Assembly (NCBI RefSeq): GCF_006345805.1
Contig: NC_043012.1
Coordinates: 50,654,001 to 50,718,000 of the forward strand
Reading direction: 5' to 3'
DNA length: 64,000 nt
Source of the DNA: Octopus sinensis
Lineage: Eukaryota
Below, one piece after another: positions 43,177-59,493 of this stretch. The position numbers were made by a program, and so were the translations under genes. A model generated the notes under the pieces. It did not search any database. It was not told the origin of the DNA and saw nothing but the letters and a program-made list of their open reading frames with translations. How positions within the stretch are numbered: the first letter of the stretch is position 1; each line of letters starts with the position of its first letter.

Positions 43177-44344
43177 CACTGCGCGTCAAATTATTAGGTA
43201 CCTCTGTTTTTTTCGCAATAACAGAGTATTTATTCGTTCGAATCAAGATATTTTTCCATGATAATAACACTCATCAAAATAATTCTGATCCAACCATATG
43301 TAAAGAAACAACGACATCCTTTTTACCGTCCTAAATTATTAGGTAGGTTTAATAAAAATGCTAATTATGCAAAAACAAATATGTATATAATGCGACAGTT
43401 AATTTTTAACAACAAATACGTTCATAACGGACTTTATAATGAACATAATAATGTTTGAATAGAAATAATGCAAGAAAGATGACGTCATAAAGTTCTTAAT
43501 GATGGATGTATGATCCTCCACATGAGAGACCGTCCTTGACGCGCTTATCTATTTAATTGTCAAGTAACTATTTCAGCTGACGTAATACTATCAGCAGTAT
43601 CCACAATAGCTTCCCAGAGCGCATCTTTCGTTTAAAACTACCGTCCATCTTGATATATCTTCCTCTTCGGAATACTAGGGTAGCACAACATTCGTCAGTA
43701 AAAAAGGACTTTTGAAGAATCTATCTTCATGTAGCCTCTGCCCATTTGACTCTATTTTGTTTCTGGGCAACCTTCAGTGGAGGGACCTTGTAACAGGTTG
43801 TACGCGCTTCGCTACCTGCTTCAAGAGATGACACCTGGTAGATTTCGAAATGTCTTCCCTACCACAACGTTTAAACACTTCTCGACTAGTCAGGCACATG
43901 TTCTTCGTAACGTCCCTCACTATACATGACAGGGTACGCCAGAAAAACAACCCACGATTTACCATTGTCAGCCCTCGAAAAGAACAAAACGCTCCATAAA
44001 TTTCTTCACAGTTCGATGATCTTTTCCTGTGATCTTTGATATTTCCAATGTCATTTTTGTTTTTCCAAGCTCTGAGATGCTGGTGGACTTTTCATTTGAT
44101 GTTAAATCACGTTTTTTACCCATAACACATTTATTGGGCACTTGCTTAACGATTTAGGGCGGTAAAATTTATGCTATTTCACAAAAATGGCCGCCGTTTG
44201 TTTACATCCTCACGGATCCAATATATTTTACTACGGTATACGCAGGCAAATGTTGCTATCATTCAGTTGGAAAATATCTGGATTCGAACGAATAAATACT
44301 TTATTTCGAAAAAACTGCTCTCTCTAATAATTTGACATGCAGTG
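43177..44344 (-). mobile_element. Tc1-family DNA transposon, internally deleted
   Basis: Imperfect ~80-bp TIRs CACTGCGCGTCAAATTATTAG / CTAATAATTTGACATGCAGTG, each flanked by TA. Confidence 0.88.
43496..44123 (-). pseudogene. Tc1 transposase remnant (paired HTH plus C-terminus; DDE region largely missing)
   Basis: MGKKRDLTSNEKSTSISELGKTKMTLEISKITGKDHRTVKKF; LTSREVFKRCGREDISKSTRCHLLKQVAK; KRKIYQDGR*F*TKDALWEAI. Confidence 0.8.
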
Positions 44345-44525
44345 TATATGCATGTATATATTTATTTGTATATCTCTGTATGGGTGATGAAATATATGTA
44401 TGTGTGTATGAGTGTACACGCCTATCTGTGTGTCAGTGTGTGTGTGTGTGTGTGCACGCGCATATTTTGATAGCTACTGTTAGGAATGCGTAGGTGGATT
44501 CAGGATTAAAACTTCTTATATATTC

Positions 44526-44932
44526 ATTTCTTTATTGCCCGCAAGGGGCTAAACATAGAGAGGACAAACAAGCACAGACAAAGGAATTAAGTCGATAACA
44601 TCGATCCCAGTGCGTAACTGGTACTTATTTAATGGACCCCGAAAGGATGAATGGCAAATTGACCTCGGCGGAAGTTGAACTCAGAATGTAACCGCAGACG
44701 AAATACCTATCTCTTTACTACCCACAAGGGGCTACATACAGAGGGGACAAAGAAGGACAGACAAACGGATTAAGTCGATAATATCGACCCCAGTGCTTAA
44801 CTGGTACTTTTTTAATCGACCCCGAAAGCATGAATGGCAAAGTCGACCTCGGCGGAATATGAACTCAGAACGTAACCGAAGACGAAATACCGTTAAGCAC
44901 TTCGCCCGAAATGCAAACGATTCTACCAGCTC
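44526..44932 (-). mobile_element. SINE family A dimer
   Basis: Two ~183-bp units joined at GACGAAATACCTATCTCTTTACTACCCACAAGGGG. Confidence 0.85.
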
Positions 44933-46499
44933 TACTTCTTATATGATATTGTGAAATAGGAAGCTCTCAACATTTAATGGTAATAATACCTAACACAATA
45001 TTATTCGGTACTGTCTTTCAAGGTACCAATGGCATATTTGCTTTTCTTTAAAATCTGAAAAAAATAAGGGAACTTACATGATCCTGAAAACCACAATAGA
45101 ACACATACAGTGTAAAATATGATTCCGTTTAGTACTTGCACTTGTGTTATTCTAACAAAATATATTTCATACGAAATTAAACCGTTTAAATGCGCCTGTA
45201 TATTGATTAATGTAAAATAATGAGACTATTATCTTCTCTGCTGGAAAGACAAGGTGATACTGCCAGAAACACGTTTTGGACGTTGAAATTAATGAGCAAA
45301 CTATTAGCACAATGTCAGTCATGAAACAATTATCCAGCAAGTATCTACATTTGTTTTCTTTGCAAATAGAGACTGCTATTTCCAGTCACAAGTTTCTCCT
45401 TATCTCTCTGTCTGTAGGTATGATTCTCTTTCCCCGTCTATTTCCACTACCACCACCACCACCACCAATAGATTTCGTTCACCATGCTCTTAGTTAACAA
45501 CTAAAACGAAAAAATAAAGAATATAAGATATTCGTAATATTCTTGTTTGTTTTTGATTGAATCAATATGACTACATTCGTGCTACCATTATTATACCATT
45601 GGTATCACAAGTATACCTTTACTTATTTGTCTCTGTACGTGTTCATCATGATAACAATCTCCATCAATTTATTATCGATAACATCATCATATTCGTCGTC
45701 GTCCTCATCATCATCGTCGTCGTCGTCATCATCACCATCACCATCTTCATCATTGCAATAATGAAACGATGTAGGTAACATTCTAATTATGTTCGTAACG
45801 AAATGCTTCCATTACAGTTGACTAAGTACGTCAGCATTCTGACGACGCCGTATCAAATTTCTGAAATATATCTTACACTCTAATGCTCTACATGTCTCAA
45901 CTGTGGCATACATTCGAGCACTGCTAACCCAGATTAACTAGTATTATTGTCCATACGTTAAAATCTACAGTTACACGGCTAAGACCCAGAAAAACCATAT
46001 TGTAAATTAGAGGCCACACTGTAATGATGCTTTGTAACCTAAACACCGTTTTACATCTCTGGTTATCACGTAACAGTATCCCCAAAATTTATGCTCACCT
46101 GAAATTATAAACTAGGTATATAAATCCTATCAAAAGCCATCAACTGTTCTCTAATGTGCTTCCATTTTCCAAAGCTGCAATTTTCTCTCCGTCAGGCACG
46201 CATAGTCCTCCTTCAGCCACCTTGGTATATACTAACAATTGTCGTTCCGTGTTTGGAAGACCATCCGAGGACGATGGTAGACTTTAAATCAGTTTCATTT
46301 CTTTCTGTTGTCTACATGTTACAGTGCTTGTTGCGCATCCAGATAATTGTGGTTGTATATATGGATGAGAGCATATCGTTTGTACTTGAAATGTTACAAT
46401 AACATAGTTGTAGACGTTCAACATCTCGGCAGTATGACCGGTATAACTGAGAACTTGAATTTATTGTGACTTGGCTGTTCCAGTCGTTTGAATGCGGTC

Positions 46500-46830
46500 G
46501 TGGTGAAGCACCGCATTTAGTCGATCAAATCAAACCCAGAACTTATTCTTTGTAAGCCTAGTTCTTATTCTATCGGTCTCTTTTGCCGAACCGCTATGTT
46601 ACGGGGACGTAAATACACCGACATCACTTGTTAAACGTGATGGTGGGGGGAAAATCACAGTCACACAAATAAATACAAACACACACACATGCACACACAC
46701 ATATATTTATATATATTCGACAGGCTTCTTTCAGTTTCTGTTACCCAAATCCACTTACACGGCTTTGGTCAGCTCGAGGGTATAGTAGAAAACACTTGGC
46801 CAATGTTCCACGCAGCGGGACTGAACCGGG
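46500..46830 (-). mobile_element. SINE family B (CORE-like)
   Basis: Reverse complement matches 55076-55430 (GAATAAGTTCTGGG, CCCCGTAACATAGCGGTTCGGCAAAAGAGACCGATAGAATAAG). Confidence 0.78.
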
Positions 46831-46935
46831 AGGCTATCATGAGGTCTGATACGCCACGATTTTTACGAGTCTAATAGTTACATACATACACGTATACATA
46901 TACATACATATATATATATGCACATATATATATAT

Positions 46936-47010
<75 letters not shown>

Positions 47011-47379
47011 GCGAAGGGAAGAAATGGAGCCGAACGAAGATTCTACAAAATTCCTTTTTATTATTTTCTACACATGTTTCAAAGGCTGCAAATTCCCAAA
47101 TTCGGATTGAATAAGGAGACCATTCTGGTGTGATTTTTGCTACACATGTATCGGTTAAATTTTGAATAATCCGTAACAAGATATTCATATATCCATTTCA
47201 TTAAATATATATATATATATTATATATATATATATATATATAAATGGCGGTGCCCCAAAATGGCGGTGCCCCAGCATGGCCACAGCTCATAAGCTGAAAC
47301 TGGAAAAATCAAAATCAAAATATATATATATATATATATAATATATATATTATATATATATATACATACATACATACAC

Positions 47380-47411
<32 letters not shown>

Positions 47412-48214
47412 GTGTGTGTATGCATGCATATATACAGACATACACAGATACATGCATGTATGGATACATACATATATCCATCCATCCGTCCATACATGCA
47501 TACACACATACGAACATACATACACACATACATATGAGATAGTTGTTCGTACGCGAAAGCTCCTCAATGTTAAAGGAAACTTCAACGTTTATGGATATGT
47601 AAACAGGCTATACTTCCCGCGCATGGGTGGTATCAGTGGTCTGAAATATGCATTGATGTCATATGAAGCAAGTATTGTGACCCTGAAACATTTGCAAATA
47701 GTTTGTAAAGTCATTGTTTCTGTTAATATGAATATGTCTTTGAGTATCAGAGCGAATAATGCTAACTATGGACAAACGCATCGAAACCTCCAGCTTCTAT
47801 ACCCAGATTATAAATTTATATCTCTACCAATAATTTGTGAGTAAATATTTGACAGTCTTGATAAGCATGGATGGTCAGAAGAAAAAATCAAACAACTAAC
47901 ACGCATGTTGCAAAAACAATTTATAAGTGGAAGAGTAAAATTAAACAGCATTGTTCTGAAGTTTAAAATGTCAACTTTTTATTGTCTACAAATTAACGCT
48001 GGGTCTTTGTATCATTGTTAGTAACAACCTCCTTCCTTAAGGGAGGAAGTTTAAGAGTTAAGAAGGGAAGCGAACATATATACACACATAAGTACATTCA
48101 TATACTAATTGGAGAAATACATACACGCGCGTGCACACACACACACATACACACATACACACACATATACACAAAGGCATGAATTCATACACACACGTAT
48201 GTATGTATCTGGGC

Positions 48215-48242
48215 AGATAGATAGATATATAGATAGATAGAC

Positions 48243-48329
<87 letters not shown>

Positions 48330-48330
48330 C
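48215..48330. repeat. (GATA)n microsatellite
   Basis: Direct reading. Confidence 0.95.
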
Positions 48331-48783
48331 ATACCATAGATATTTAACAAATGTTTTTGTTCTGAGCAGTTTTCATATAGGAATTATCATCCTATTCCAT
48401 TAGTACATACCAACCAATAATGCAACGTCTTAGATGGAAACTCGCAAACAAAAAGTTTCATTGCTTAATTTTTAACCATACATGTTTGCTTGATTGCTGT
48501 TATGATTGTTAATTCGGCAACGTCACGCACTTACGTCCTGTGTCTTTTATTACTTTTTACTACTGTTACATGTATTGACGGTGGAGATTGTTTAGGGGGC
48601 GTGGAAACTGAACTTTTATACGTTATATAATTTGTTTCATTCACAGTTTTCCGTTTCCGATTTGTCGTCACAAGGCTGAAAATTCAGTACTTGTGTCAGC
48701 ATTTCAAATTTACACAATTCGAAACGCAAAAATGCTTTGAACATGTCTTATATTCCCATTCTCTATATCCATAATATTTGGCC

Positions 48784-49175
48784 GTGGAGGCGCAATGGCC
48801 CAGTGGTTAGGGCAACGGACTCGCGGTCATAGGCTCGCGGTTTTGATGCCCAGACCGGGCGTTGTGAGTGTTTATTGAGCAAAAACACCTAAAGCTCCAC
48901 GAGGCTCCGGCAGGGGATGGTGGTGATCCCTGCTGTACTCTTTCACCACAACTTTCTCTCACTCTTACTTCCTGTTTCTGTTGTACCTGTATTTCAAAGG
49001 GCCGGCCTTGTCACTCTCTGTGTCACGCTGAATATCCCCGAGAACTACGTTAAGGGTACACGTGTCTGTGGAGTGCTCAGCCACTTACACGTTAATTTCA
49101 CGAGCAGGCTGTTCCGTTGATTCGGTTCAACCGGAACCCTCGTCGTCGTAACCGACGGAGTGCTTCCTTTCCTTC
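48784..49175 (+). mobile_element. tRNA-derived SINE family C, full-length, 12-bp TSD
   Basis: A-box TGGCCCAGTGGTTAGGGC, B-box-like GGTTTTGATGCCC; TAATATTTGGCC at 48772-48783 and 49176-49187. Confidence 0.9.
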
Positions 49176-49748
49176 TAATATTTGGCCAATTACATCAAGT
49201 ATATAAATACAATTTAAAGACGGTAATCTTGCAAGCGTTGATTGAATTCTCATTTATGATAAGTTGCAGTATCAAGGGGGAAATTCCTCTACCTATTTCG
49301 GCATACCTGAATATTTTCTCCACAGGCATCAGCCCAACCAATCTGAAGCTGAATATCGTCAGTACCGATCTTTATTATTATATAGAGGAGGGACAATAAA
49401 GGCACAGTAAACAAGCTGTCCCCTTTTCTGTGAATTATTACAGGAGTCCTAAAGACCATATATGTATCACCGTTTCAAACTAATCACGTATTCAACTAAT
49501 ACTGTGAATGTAGAACATCCCATCTCACTTAGATTAGTAATTGTTTATTGCCACCTACACACGCTTAACACTCAATCTTACATCCACGAATGTACACAGT
49601 GCACATGAAGAGACACTCTACGACAAACAAAAGAATATATAATGTACTTCTCTAAGTACGTATGTACGCATGCTTACATGTATATTTGTATATGTGTGGT
49701 TATTTGTATAAACATATACATACACATACACGCATATATATAAGTATG

Positions 49749-49782
<34 letters not shown>

Positions 49783-49808
49783 CATGCTTGTATCTTTATA
49801 TATATATG

Positions 49809-49863
<55 letters not shown>

Positions 49864-49913
49864 TATATACATGCATATATATATATATATTATATATATA
49901 TATATATATATAT

Positions 49914-52155
<2,242 letters not shown>

Positions 52156-52156
<1 letters not shown>

Positions 52157-52485
52157 AATATTATTAGAGACAAAACCACTATTTTGCAAAACAAACAAGG
52201 AAAGACTTAATCAATACATAAAATTTTAATAAATAGTCAAAAAACCGCCACTACAATTGTTACTTGTCTTGATCGACAATCTTCAGGTGGACTTCCAATA
52301 AGTCAGTTTCAAATTATGACTTCATAATTTGAAACTGACTTATTGGAAGTCCACCTGAAGATTGTCGATCAAGACAAGTAACAATTGTAGTGGCGGTTTT
52401 TTTGACTATTTATTAAAATTTTATGTATTGATTAAGTCTTTCCTTGTTTGTTTTGCAAAATAGTGGTTTTGTCTCTAATAATATT

Positions 52486-52486
<1 letters not shown>
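52156..52486. mobile_element. Near-perfect 331-bp palindrome in (TA)n with hammerhead motif in each arm
   Basis: Arms 52156-52319 / 52322-52486, 2-nt spacer, one indel in a homopolymer. Confidence 0.9.
52351..52393 (+). ncRNA. Hammerhead motif with A13U (mirror copy 52248-52290 on minus)
   Basis: CCAC-CUGAAGA-UUGUC gaucaa GACAA-GUAA-CAAUUG-UA/GUGG. Confidence 0.7.
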
Positions 52487-52525
<39 letters not shown>

Positions 52526-54186
52526 TGGGTAGGTGGTTGCATGTGTGTGTGTGAGTGTTAATGTATTGATACTATGAGATTACAATACTGCAGTATACAT
52601 TTCATAAATAACCACCAACATCATGCTATTAGCATAACATTAGGAAGAAAATCATGCATATCAATTTGGATATGATTAGAAAATAAGAATTCGTGTGTCC
52701 AGAGGAGCTAGGAAGAAATTAGATAACGTCATATGTAATGAAGTCAATGTTAGCCGCCCTAGATACCGAGGCAAAGACTACAATAGCATACACAGGGAGT
52801 GTAACAAATCAGATTGAAAACACTGCATAGGGCAGACAAATATCATTGAGTGTAGTTTGTAGAAGAATTACCCTGCAGATTTAGGAGGGCTCTTAAGGAG
52901 ACTATATTTAACTGCAAGATTGTTGGGAAGTTAGGGAACTCCATCAGATCGGAGTTATGTGGTACGTACCAATTCGAAAATAATACATGCACTAACATGA
53001 AGTGCGTGGTATGTAACATTAACCCTAACCCTGGCATTGTCTGTAAAGCTAGAAGTGTAAACTCCAGCATAAAGTGTACAGAAGTTGCACTTTACAGTGT
53101 GGACTTGATGTTTCTAATTCCATTTATTTTAAGTGGGCGGTCCCACTAAATGCCTCGTTATTAGCGACAACGCATGAACGTATGCATGTCCAAGCCCGGA
53201 GTGACCCCATTGTCCCTTGTCAAGAGAAAAGGTTCACTATTTGTAATATCCGGTATTCTGTTTCTGTCATTTTTGTTTTAGGTCAGAACCTACTCCTTCG
53301 TACGAGGATCCTGCCTGCAAGTTCCCCATGCTGAGAGCTAGTCTCTCAGCATTTAAAGAAAAAAAAACACGGCATACATTGAAAAGACATCTGAAAATAT
53401 AGCCAAGAGAATAGACTTACATTTGAGTCAATATGAGGAAAAGAATCTGTCCTCCATACTCTATCACGTGCCATAGACCAAGATAAGGGCATACTGGGCC
53501 GACTTGGCATCCGCATTTTATCCAAGCACCCGAAGGACATATCACTCATTCAAATACAGGAGTACGTCCTCTTAAATGAAACGCCCCACCCCCGTACTAA
53601 AAAAGATCTCCTTGAAGAAGTTAGAGATATCACAATACCTACATAGGTATATCTGCTAATTAGCGGTTATGTAGCAAATATATATGTAGGTAAAGAGATA
53701 GATATGTAGGTAGATAGGTAATACAGACGGGGAAACACATACACACAAAAGGAGATAGAAAGACATGGTGATATATAAACAGTTACTCTACACATACGGA
53801 GACACCCATCCATACATAAGAGATGGACGTACATAATCATGCAATCTCACACATATAGACACAAACAAACACCAAGACACAAGGAAACAGAGGTATAAAC
53901 ACAAATATACACACATATACATGAATACGTAAACACACAAGCACGCACAAATACATGCTAACATATGAATAGGCAAAATACATACACACGTATATACACG
54001 CATACATACACATATACACACATACATACATACATACACAATACATACATGCATGCATACACATATACAAATGTGTATACTCAAGCAGATCAGCACGCTG
54101 GCTCGCACACATATTTAACAGGATCTTCGAATAGACAAAAGGCATGCAGCCCCGATAACGTATAGAGTCAATATCCATTGACTTTA

Positions 54187-54254
<68 letters not shown>

Positions 54255-54444
54255 GGTTAATAATAATAATATTGATAATAAACGAATGGAAATTAACCCG
54301 GTGAGAGTGTATGACTTTCCTTAGTCACAACAAAATTTGTTTCAACACACGAATAAAGGTAAAGAATCTTCCAAACCAGATATAAAAGCGAAGTATATAT
54401 ATAGTATGTATATGTATATATATATATGTATAAGTCTATATATG

Positions 54445-55010
54445 ATTCAACATATTAAAGCAGACTTCAAAAAATTCATTCATATTTAAGTAAATGGAGG
54501 TGATTAGATGCTAATATGCATGATTTTTTTTCCATTCATGTTGTTGTACAATTGTTTCGTACAGAAAGACAAGAAATTCATTTTAAGAATCTTGTGTTGT
54601 GAAAAACGTACTCGTCTGTAGTGAAAAAAAGACAAAATCTAAAATTACGTTCGAATTACATAGGCGTGGCGTTATTACTGATTTTGTGAAGTTCTTGGTG
54701 TCATGTTTATTTAAACGAGTTTTGTTCAAATAGACGTGACTCCAAGAGCAATAACACTTAACAAAATGAGTAACAACACTATACCTATGTAATTTTAACG
54801 TCAGTTTAGATATTCTTCTTTTTTTCTTTGGCCACTGACGAGTAATTTTGATAACTCAGATTCTTAAAACGAATTTCCTGTCTTTCTGTATGAAACGTTC
54901 GTATAGCTACTTGAATTTAAAACAAATCATCATACATATTAAAATCTAATCACCTCCATTTACGTAAATATGAATGAATCTGTTGAACTCTATTTTAATA
55001 AGTTAAACCA
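54445..55010. mobile_element. Old fold-back element in (TA)n with long-stem-II hammerhead remnants
   Basis: Arms ~54445-54680 / ~54769-55010 (ATTCATTCATATTTA.GTAAATGGAGGTGATTAGA mirrored); CUGACGA-GUA..UAU-GAAA-CGUUCG-UA at 54831-54907. Confidence 0.7.
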
Positions 55011-55017
55011 TATACTT

Positions 55018-55075
<58 letters not shown>

Positions 55076-55430
55076 GGCGCAGGAGTGGCTGTGTGGTAAG
55101 CAGCTTTCTTACCAACCACATGGTTCCGGGTTCTTCGACAAGTGTCTTCCACTACAGGCTCGGTCCGACCAAAGCCCGTCGTATATATGTATATATATAT
55201 AAATATGTGAGTTTGTGTGCATGTTTGTGTGTCCGTGTTTTTACCCCTAGCATAGCTTGACAGTCGATGCTGGTGTATTTATGTCCCCGTCACTTAGCGG
55301 TTCGGCAAAAGAGACTGGTAGAATAAGTACTAGGCTTACAAAGAATAAGTCTTGTGGTCGATTTGCTCGACTAAAGTTGGTGCTCCAGCATCACCGCAGT
55401 CAAATGACGGAAAAAGGTATAAGAGTAAAA
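55076..55430 (+). mobile_element. SINE family B (CORE-like), internally deleted
   Basis: AGGCGCAGGAGTGGCTGTGTGGTAAG head; tail GGTGCTCCAGCATCACCGCAGTCAAATGAC. Confidence 0.8.
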
Positions 55431-55602
55431 GTGTAAATAACTTTAAATTATCTACGCTAACTTACACTTGTACATTCACAAGTATAGTATGAAGGAAGAC
55501 CGTTAGAAATCTAAAAATTACTCCAATTCATGGACTAATTCGCATTCAAATCTCTTAAAACTATATATATATAAATATATATAGTCAGTAAAATATATAT
55601 AG

Positions 55603-56293
55603 TCTGAGTATGCATTGTCTGGAGACTTTTATTTGCAGTTGAAGAAATAGCCAAATTTTTGGCTGCTATTTCTGAAAAGTTCGGTGTGTGGTAAAGTGAA
55701 TTTTTTTACTTTACCATATTTTTATAAATTAATACTTCAAATATACCGTAAATGGTCTTTACATACCGAATACTGCTTGGTCGAACTGATTAACAATTAA
55801 TTAATTCTACCCCTTTTTTACTGACAATATAATGCTTTCTCTCCAAGAATTTGAACTACAGTTTTTGCCTCTGTAGGAATGTACTACTCTATGACTTACG
55901 TGGGTGGACAGGGAGAATAATAGATCTCATTTGTATTTTTGGATTCGCTAGTACTAGGTGTCTGGCATGGTTTGTCCGATGTTACAGATATCGGACGGGT
56001 ATGTTTGATTCTTAGTATTTTCAAATCTAAATCAGAAGAAATCTCTGAGCTGATGAAGGAAAAGTGGCGTTTTACCCACGAATCCAGAAACAGGCTGTCC
56101 TCGGGTATCTTATATGGATGTGATCTTTCATTGTTTTCCCTTATACCTATGTGAGTTATTTTCTGAGTATGCATTGTCTGGAGACTTTTATTTGCAGTTG
56201 AAGAAATAGCCAAATTTTTAGCTGCTATTTCTGAAAAGTTCGGTGTGTGGTAAAGTGAATTTTTTTACTTTACCATATTTTTATAAATTAATA

Positions 56294-56296
<3 letters not shown>
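55603..56296. repeat. 135-bp direct repeats 559 bp apart ending in (TA)n
   Basis: 55603-55737 and 56162-56296 differ by about one base. Confidence 0.85.
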
Positions 56297-56351
<55 letters not shown>

Positions 56352-57071
56352 TATATTTATATGACTGACTGAATTTTGCGAGTGCGCCTATCTGTGTGTA
56401 CGACCGTGTCTGAAAATGATTTTGTATGTCTTTGCATATGCGTGTGGGCGGGTATACATGCGTAGATGTTTATTTGGGAACTCAAACAGGATAATTTTCT
56501 GATATGCTTTTATAAATAATTTCCATAATACAAATGCAACGTGTCTTTTAATCATTTCACTTCATGTTATAAAATTGTTGGGTGAGTCATCAGGGGACAC
56601 ATTTTATTCATCAGGCGAACTAATACGGGTGGACTGTGCGAGAATAGGAAGCATTTCAAATATTTGGATGTGCATTGCAATCTATATGATTGAGTATTTA
56701 TTATCATAATTCAGTGCTGACTGTGGTTTCTATATCATAAATCACATTAAGGCATATCCAGCTGTACAAGAGATTAATATATTTTTCCTGAAGGCAAAAT
56801 ATGACCGAATTCTACAAAATTTAAGATTTATTCGCCTTGTCTGAATATGTAAGTACAACATGTAATAACATTTTTGTTTTTCTTGGGGATTAAGTGCGTG
56901 AACATTTCTTCATATTGTAGTTTTAGGAATCGGTGTGCTTTCATAGTGAATCCCTTTAATGCTAACTGCGCCTGTATTCCATTTACGAGATTTGACATCT
57001 ACATATGTGTGCGTGTGTGTTTCTGTGTGTATGTGTGTGAATGATGTACATATAAATACATATATATATAT

Positions 57072-57122
<51 letters not shown>

Positions 57123-57143
57123 AGAGAGAGAGAGAGAGACAGA

Positions 57144-57177
<34 letters not shown>

Positions 57178-59493
57178 CAGAGTGAAAGGGAGAAAGAGAG
57201 ATACAGATACGTGTTAATATATATATTATATATATATATACACTTTTGTTAATATATATAAATGTATTTATCTCTGGTTACGCACGTGTATGTGTGCGTG
57301 TGTGTGTTCATTCACACAAAATTCAGACACTCGCACACTCACTTATATGTATATCATACACTCACGCACTCACTTATAGGTTGCAAGTAAATAACTGCAA
57401 ATGCGTCTATGATGGCATATTTTATAACACAGAATATTCAAACATAAAAGGATCAGTTTCATTTTGAGTGGACGATCTATAAAGTAAATTGAGCAAAATA
57501 TCAGTAAACTCTATTACTGATATGTTAATATTTAATTGTGTGGAAAGAAAATTTTGAGGAAATTATGGAAGTTTATAATTGAAGCTATACACTGTATGAG
57601 AATATTACCGTAATGATTTATTGCTTGCATCTCTTTAATTGACACATTCTACTGTAGTAAATGTGTCGGACATCTATATATTAAATTTGATAGGCTGCGT
57701 TTAACATTTTCATAACTTTTTTTTTTTGCTTTGTACTGAAACACACTTTCTGCGTATTGCAAACGAGGGAGATTGTGTAAGTCTAAATATTAATGTCGCT
57801 ATCGAGGGAATTAGTGACGTAAACGATGTGTATCAAGTTCAGCAGGTAGTGGAAACAAACGCTGAATTGGCACCTGTTTCGGTTTGGTTCATGAAACTTG
57901 ACTCGCTTGTCTGCTTCATGTTATTGAAAGAAATCAAAATGGCTTTTCTGACGATCCTGTTTTCCCGAGAAATTAACTGAGTGATTGGTAATCAGCAGGA
58001 ACTTATTGCTTACATTGCATTAATATCTAATAGCTAAATATATATAGAATGAGTAGAGATTAAATTATAAAATTTCTCATTGCTTGTTATTTGTGTGTTT
58101 AATATAATATTCACATTACTTAGTATCAAAACTTGAAATTAGGATTATATTTTCCAGCTCATAGACGAAGCCAGACTCTAGGGGGTTAACCTATGATATA
58201 GACCCAAATTATTTGTATCTACACATTGAAAATATGAAGCCCAAATTTGAATTCTGTGGGAGTTAAAGTTCTTAAATAGTATGACATAGTACCCTCTATG
58301 CAGAAACAAAAAAATTAAAACCTTTCCTGGTTGTATAAAACTCGAGGGAAAGCTGAAAAACAATGCTTCAGTGGAGCCCACTCCATTTAAATGTTTCGGC
58401 TCTTGTCTCCATACATACGTCTCAGTTTAGGTTGGAGTTATCTTACGAATGTATTGCTGAAATCCTCAAGCATAGACAATAACCTTAATTTTCCCACCTT
58501 GCAGTCCTCTTCAATAGACTTTTGAGGTAGCTCTAGATTCGTTTGGCAACATTAAAGGGTAACTTTGATATGATTAGTTTTTACACCAAACCACTTCCTT
58601 GCATTCCATCATTTTCACTGTGCTCACGTTGAACTCTAAGTACCAGACCTTACATAAAAGTCACAGAAGTATTTTGACTGAAGGCTTATCGCTGCCATTT
58701 TCTTCGTCTACTTTCCCTTTTCTGTGTCATTCAGTAAACTGTCATTTCATATTCTAGGGGACTTGAATAGTTCTTCTACTACTATCAGAAATGTTTGATT
58801 GGCTACATTCACCGAGAGCTAATCCGTTACGTGTCCCTTCCGTGGTGACAGCCTCCGTGATATGCTAGGTTTGAAGCACATTCTAGATGAAGTGATTCTT
58901 TAAATACGATTGCTTATAATGATTGTATTTAGATAAGCAATAAGATTGTAGTTGATAATGACGATATATATGTTACACTATAATATGATATTCTCCACTC
59001 TCATTTAATGCTATACATGTTATGACCTAAAAGGCTAACGAATACATAAGGTAGGAGGCAATCATCCGAGACACTGGAGATGTTTACACTCTTAGTAATT
59101 CTATGAAAGGTCCTGTTTGTTACCATAACAAGTTTTGATAGCAAATACTATAGAGAAATCTTGTCAAGAACTGCATCTCAGTATTCAAAATGCACATTTA
59201 TTAGTTTCTGTGCTTCTAGGGAACGCACCAGTATTGCATCAATGCCCTCAGAAGAAACATTTTTTAATCGACACAAACCAGTCTGTCCTACTGGCATTTA
59301 GTTGTAAATAATAGATTACAATGTTAACCGGTGTTCCCACCGAAGTTAAATTCTACAGCCTTGTAACCTGCATTATGATTACTTGACACTGTCTTTTTGG
59401 CCTGGATGATGAATATTATTATTGTTTTATAAAAGTGACATTCGTGCGATTCAAATATTCGTGGAGCGCGAAAGTAAATTGATACCCAAGAGG

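Noticed and set aside
47010-47205. TA-flanked insert with GAAACATGTG on the minus strand as a hammerhead
   Set aside because: No 5' core present and position 17 would be G.
48784-48860. tRNA gene
   Set aside because: SINE head: no full cloverleaf, continues into SINE body with TSD.
52900-53620. Possible decayed Gypsy gag/protease or host exon
   Set aside because: No intact motif, LTR or convincing splice-bounded frame.
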